Of a stretch of 64,000 nt of DNA, positions 59,601 to 64,000 are shown piece after piece. Every line of letters begins with the position of its first letter. The first letter of the stretch is position 1. Source of the DNA: Podarcis tiliguerta. Taxonomy: Eukaryota. The stretch lies in the NCBI GenBank assembly GCA_965153285.1, contig OZ229110.1; one strand, given 5' to 3'. The position numbers and the translations under genes are program-made. The notes under the pieces were generated by a model that worked only from the letters and a program-made list of their open reading frames with translations, searched no databases and was not told where the DNA came from.

Positions 59601-62600
59601 GGCAGGCTTTCCTCCTGGAAGCCGGTTCCCCACATGCTGTGGGTGTGCGAGAGGGAGTTGACTATGTCGTCAGACCTGGGAGACCTGTTTTCGAATTTCC
59701 ATGCAGCTCACTGGGTGACCTTGGTCCAGCCACTTGCTAACCTACCCCACAGGGTGGTTGTGAGGATAAAATGGAGAGGGAGGGAACCATGTATGCCGTC
59801 TTGATTTCCCTGGAGGAAAGGTGGGATAGTAACTTGGTGAGGGACTGACACCCTGTGTGTGTTCAGAAGCCTGCTTGTTCCTTATCCCTTCCTGTATGTG
59901 AAGGGTGAATTCTACCCTGCTCTCACATGAATATTCCTTCTCTGCCCCTCCTCTGGCCCACCTGGTGTCACTCCCATTCCTCAGCCTTGGCTTCAGTCGT
60001 CTGCTGCTCTTCAGAAGCCTCAGAGTGACATTGGCTTCCCTTGTTCCTCTTCTGGCGGCAGCCATTCCTCTCAAGGCAGCCCACGATTTGTGTGCCTCCT
60101 GGCTCATTTGGGAATTTGGTGAGCGACAGCCTACAATTCTGTGGTAACCTTTTCTCTTGCAGGGACCCGCTTCCGGCCGTTGTCCTTTGAGGTGCCCAAG
60201 CCCTTGTTCCCTGTGGCAGGAGTGCCTATGATACAGCACCACATTGAGGCATGCACTAAGGTATGGAAGGGGAATTAAGCTGACACCATGAGGGGAGGAG
60301 TTCATAAAAACACCAGAGGAGCCCGCTGGATCAGGCCAGTGGCCCATCTGGGCCTCTGTCCTCTTCTCCCAGTGGCTGACCAGATGCCTGTGAGAAGCCT
60401 GCAAGATGGACATGAGCACAACAGCACTCCGCCCACCTGTGGTTCCCAGCAACTGGTATTCAGAGGCATAATGTCTCTTGACAGGAGAGGCAGAACACAG
60501 CCATTGTGGCTGGGAGTCCTTGATGCCTTTTCCATGAATTTGACTAATCCTGCCTTAAGGTTGGTGGCTATTACTGCTTCCTGTGGAAGTGAGCACCGTT
60601 GTTTAACTTTTACAATATGATAATCTTTATTGTGATGCATGAAGGACTTTTGTCTGTCTTGAATCTTCCAACATTCAGCTTCATTGGATGTCTGCAAGTT
60701 TTAGTGTTAAGATATCTTACGAAATGTTTCTCTGTCCACTTTCTCCATGCTGTGCAAACTTTTCTAAACTTATTTCAGTTCACCTCTTATTTGCCTTTTC
60801 TCTAAAAGAAAAAAAAAAGGTCCATAATGCTTCAACCGTTCTTCATAGGGGAGTTGTTCCACCCCCTTGGTAATTTGGGTCATCCTTTTCTGAACCTTTT
60901 CTCACTTTAAAATATTGCTTTTGAGGTGAGCTGACCAGAACTGTACACAGCATTCCAACTGTGTTTGCACCAATAGATTTGTATAGTGGCATTGTGAAAC
61001 TGACAGGGTTATTTTCAGTCCAGAAAGTTGCCTTGTGCTCTAACATGCAATAAACTGAGCAAGTAGGAATATTTTAGCTCTCCTGCTCTTGGCTTCATAT
61101 GCCAACCAGTGGTTGCTCCATCTTCCTTTCCCTTCTCTGCAGGTGCCCAACATGAAGGAGATTCTCCTGATTGGATTCTATCAGCCCAATGAGGCCCTCA
61201 GCCGGTTCCTGGTGTCAGCCCAGCAAGAGTTCAAAATACCCATCAGGTGGGTGGTCACAGTGCTGGCTCAACCACTAGACATAATGAGGCGGCCACTTCA
61301 GGCAGCTGGTGTTGGGTTGCATGAAAGGGCAGCAGATTGTTTGGGTATTTAAATGCATTGATTATTTTTTTTCATAATAAATGCAGTGGTGGGGAGGCTT
61401 TTGCTGAGGAGTGGTGGTGCTTGTGGGGTTTTTCTGCCTCAGGTACCAAAATAATTTGCTCATCCTTGGATGCTGTGCAACAGGACAGAGGAAGTGAGAT
61501 AGAGCCATTCAGTCTTCTGTCTTAGACAGCAAAATGCCTTGGGCTGGTCGCACTGCTAAAGAGAGAGGAAGGGGCTCCATCTTTGCAACCTGCCATTCAG
61601 GTCCTGATTCTGCACAGCCTTTGGAAAAGGGGGGTATAACTCTGGTAGAGCATCTGCTTTGCATGCAGAAGATCCCAGGTGCAATCTCTGGCATCCCTAG
61701 ATAGGGCTGGGAGAAACTCTTGCCTGAAACCCTGGGCACTTGCTGCCAGCCAGTGTAGGCAGTATTATGATCGATGGACTAGTGGCCTGACTCTGCCTAA
61801 GCCAGCTCTCTGGGTCCCTATGCACCTGTTGAAACAGCCTGGCACATTTGGCCTAGTAGACCTTGGCACAAGCAATTCCTCCCCCTGCAGTGAAGGGCCT
61901 TAGCAGCCTCCTGTTTTGTGTAGGTATCTGCAGGAATATGCTGCGCTTGGCACAGGCGGCGGTATCTACCACTTCCGGGACCAGATCCTCTTGGGTAACC
62001 CTGAAGCCTTCTTTGTGCTGAACGCTGACGTCTGCTCCGAATTCCCTCTGGGCGAGATGCTCAGCTTCCACCGGCAACTTGCCAATCCGGACAGCTTCCT
62101 CATGCTGGGCACCACGGTAATGGCACAGCCCTAGCCTCTCATGCTGACAGCACTGTGGGCTTGGAAGGAGGGTGCTGCTTAGCACAGGATTGTGTTTGGA
62201 TTTTGGATTTGGATTTGATATCCCACTTTATCACTACCCTAAGCAGTCTCAAAGCGGCTGACATTCTCCTTTCCCTCCATCCCTCACAACAAACTCTCTG
62301 CAAGGTGTGTGGGGCTGAGAGACTTGAGAGAAGTGTGACTGGCCCAAGGTCACCCAGCAGCTGCATGTGGAGAAGCAGGGAATCAAACCCAGTTCACCTG
62401 ATTACAAGTCCACTGCACTTAACCACTACACCACACTGACCTTTGGCTCTCTTGATACTTGCTGGGCTACCACTCCTATCATCCCTGACCGCACTGATTT
62501 AGCTGGTGGGAGCTGGAGTTTGGTCGCTGATGGAGAGGTCCCCCTTCCCTGGCTTTGGGAATGCAGTTTGAGGGCTAGCTGCAGGTTCCTAGCCTTTGTG

Positions 62601-63943
62601 GGGCAAAATGGTTGCCTTGCTAGGATCCCAGTCCCAGTGCTCCTGGCAACCCTGTCCTGCAAATTCTTCTCTAATCCCTCTCACCCCCTGGTAATGCTCC
62701 TGTGACCATTTTTCTTTTTTGTCCCTAGGCCAACAGAAAGCAGTCCCTGAACTATGGCTGCATTGTGGCGAACACTGAGACGCATGAGGTATGTGGAGGT
62801 CTGGAGGGAAGACTGGGCAGCAGGCATGCCCCAGTAGAGAGCTGCTCCACCTGGGATGAGGACCCTGTGCCTTCCAGAGGCTGTCCGACTACAACTCCCA
62901 TCAGCCTTGAGTGTTGGCCATGCTGGCTGAGGCTGATGGGAGTTCAAGAGCCAAGACTGTCCACTGTCTCCCCTATTCCTGTACCCCGTCCAGCACAACC
63001 TTCCTGCCTGCTGCTCTCTGGAGCCTGGCTCAAGCAGAGCAATCCCCAGCACTGGATGGTGCAATTCCCAAGACTCTCCCTTCTCTGCCCCACCTACGTG
63101 TCCCCTTCCTTCTCCAGGTCCTGCACTACGTGGAGAAGCCCAGCACTTTCGTCAGCGAGCTCATCAACTGCGGCATCTACTTGTTCACGCCGGCCATCTT
63201 CCATCACATTGGCGCTGTCTTCCAACGGAACCAGCAGGAGCTGCTTCTGTGAGTGTCTTTCTTAGCTGTTCTTTCCTGCTTCCTGGGAGCAACATCTGGT
63301 CACTTATCATCTCTCTCTCTTTCTGTTTCTCTTCCCTCTCTCTGTGTCTCTTCCATCTCTTCTTCGTGCCACCCCTTGCCCACATTTAGGGGCGCATGCC
63401 TTGGGTAAGTGTCCATCTCCTCCTTCCTCCTGCATTCCTCATCTCCCAAGTGCTTTTGTGCTTCTCTGCTCCATGGGACTTGGGCACTCAGGCTTAGAAC
63501 TGGCTTCCTAGGCTTTTAGGCTTTTTTTAAGGCTTTTTGGCTTCCTAGGGATGGGCAAACCTCTGTGGCCCTCAGGATGTTGTTGGATGGACTCCAATTC
63601 CCAACAGGTCCAACCAGCAGGGCCAAGGGCCAGAGATGATGGGAGTTGTAGTCCAGCCACCTCCAGAGTGCTTCAGGTTCCTCATCCTCAGTAGCAGTAC
63701 TTGAGTGGTTGTTTTCCCTGACCTAGAGATACCTTTCCTTGCTGGCCACACATCATCTTTCCACTGAGTCATGTGGGCCCTAACCCTTTGTATGCCTTGT
63801 TCGCACAGGGAGGAGAGCACCAATGGCTGGCAACGAGCTGAAGCCATCAGGCTGGAGCAGGATGTCTTCACAGCCCTTGCTGGGCAGGGACGCCTCTTTG
63901 CCTACAAGACGGAGGGGTTCTGGAGTCAGATCAAATCTGCTGG
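59359..63943 (+). CDS. GMPPA: GDP-mannose pyrophosphorylase A (regulatory subunit), first 7 coding exons; continues past the window
   Basis: [79 protein letters not shown]; the GGPQKGTR signature distinguishes GMPPA from GMPPB; phases consistent. Confidence 0.96.
59640..59832 (+). mobile_element. CORE (MIR-like) SINE, diverged
   Basis: CTGGGTGACCTTGGTCCAGCCAC..CCCACAGGGTGGTTGTGAGGATAAAATG. Confidence 0.7.
60163..60260 (+). CDS. GMPPA: GMPPA coding exon 2
   Basis: ttgcag|GGA; AAG|gtatgg. Confidence 0.95.
60305..61025 (-). mobile_element. CR1 LINE 3' fragment
   Basis: degenerate ORF2 end (PLYKS.., ..[19 protein letters not shown]) and 3'UTR. Confidence 0.8.
61143..61246 (+). CDS. GMPPA: GMPPA coding exon 3
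   Basis: ctgcag|GTG; CAG|gtgggt. Confidence 0.95.
61629..61822 (+). mobile_element. tRNA-Ala-like-headed squamate SINE (Squam3-like)
   Basis: TGGTAGAGCATCTGCTTTGCATGCAGAAG..TAGGGCTGGG..CCTGAAACCCTGG; related copies at ~14910-15087(-), 17091-17248(-), 34313-34480(-), 41725-41835(+), 46068-46194(+). Confidence 0.75.
61924..62116 (+). CDS. GMPPA: GMPPA coding exon 4
   Basis: gtgtag|GTA; ACG|gtaatg. Confidence 0.95.
62205..62439 (-). mobile_element. CORE (MIR-like) SINE
   Basis: reverse complement has a tRNA-like head CAGTGTGGTGTAGTGGTTAAG and CORE motif GCTGGGTGACCTTGGGCCAGTCAC. Confidence 0.75.
62729..62788 (+). CDS. GMPPA: GMPPA coding exon 5
   Basis: ccctag|GCC; GAG|gtatgt. Confidence 0.95.
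63118..63248 (+). CDS. GMPPA: GMPPA coding exon 6
   Basis: ctccag|GTC; TCT|gtgagt. Confidence 0.95.
63390..63404 (+). CDS. GMPPA: candidate 15-nt alternative microexon of GMPPA (adds GACLG)
   Basis: long pyrimidine tract + tttag| ... TGG|gtaagt; frame-preserving, phase 2-2. Confidence 0.6.
63809..63943 (+). CDS. GMPPA: GMPPA coding exon 7
   Basis: gcacag|GGA; TGG|gtaagg. Confidence 0.95.
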
Positions 63944-64000
63944 GTAAGGAGGAAGTAGAGGGAAGTACAAGCCTGGGAGGTGGTTGTAAGCCTGCCTGTG

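Noticed and set aside
59640-62439. Inverted CORE-SINE pair flanking GMPPA exons 2-4 (circRNA potential); also inverted SINEs at 1683/38982 in SPEG
   Set aside because: Copies are too diverged or too far apart to argue for stable pairing from sequence alone

Overview
Vertebrate genomic DNA, most likely from a squamate reptile (lacertid-like lizard, inferred from the SINE/LINE repertoire), so the ORF track is mostly noise and genes must be read as spliced exons. Three genes lie on the + strand in the order known from human 2q35. (1) The 3' part of SPEG (striated-muscle dual Ser/Thr kinase): 32 phase-consistent coding exons at 844-42154 encoding ~2,476 aa (Ig/FN3 domains, kinase 1, long linker, Ig-FN3, kinase 2), plus a ~1.9 kb 3'UTR. 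(2) A complete SPEGNB (240 aa, IQ motif + two Ig domains) with a candidate muscle-type promoter and non-coding first exon. (3) The first 7 coding exons of GMPPA behind a CpG island. Introns hold tRNA-derived SINEs, CORE-SINEs, L1/CR1/L2/Penelope fragments, MITEs, microsatellites and one assembly gap. Most notable: a U12-type intron in SPEG kinase 1, a candidate 15-nt in-frame microexon in GMPPA, the obscurin-like IQ-Ig module of SPEGNB, a young L1 insertion with a perfect 18-bp TSD, SINEs with swapped tRNA heads, and decayed Penelope hammerhead motifs. Gene and repeat-family identifications rest on remembered sequences, not database searches.
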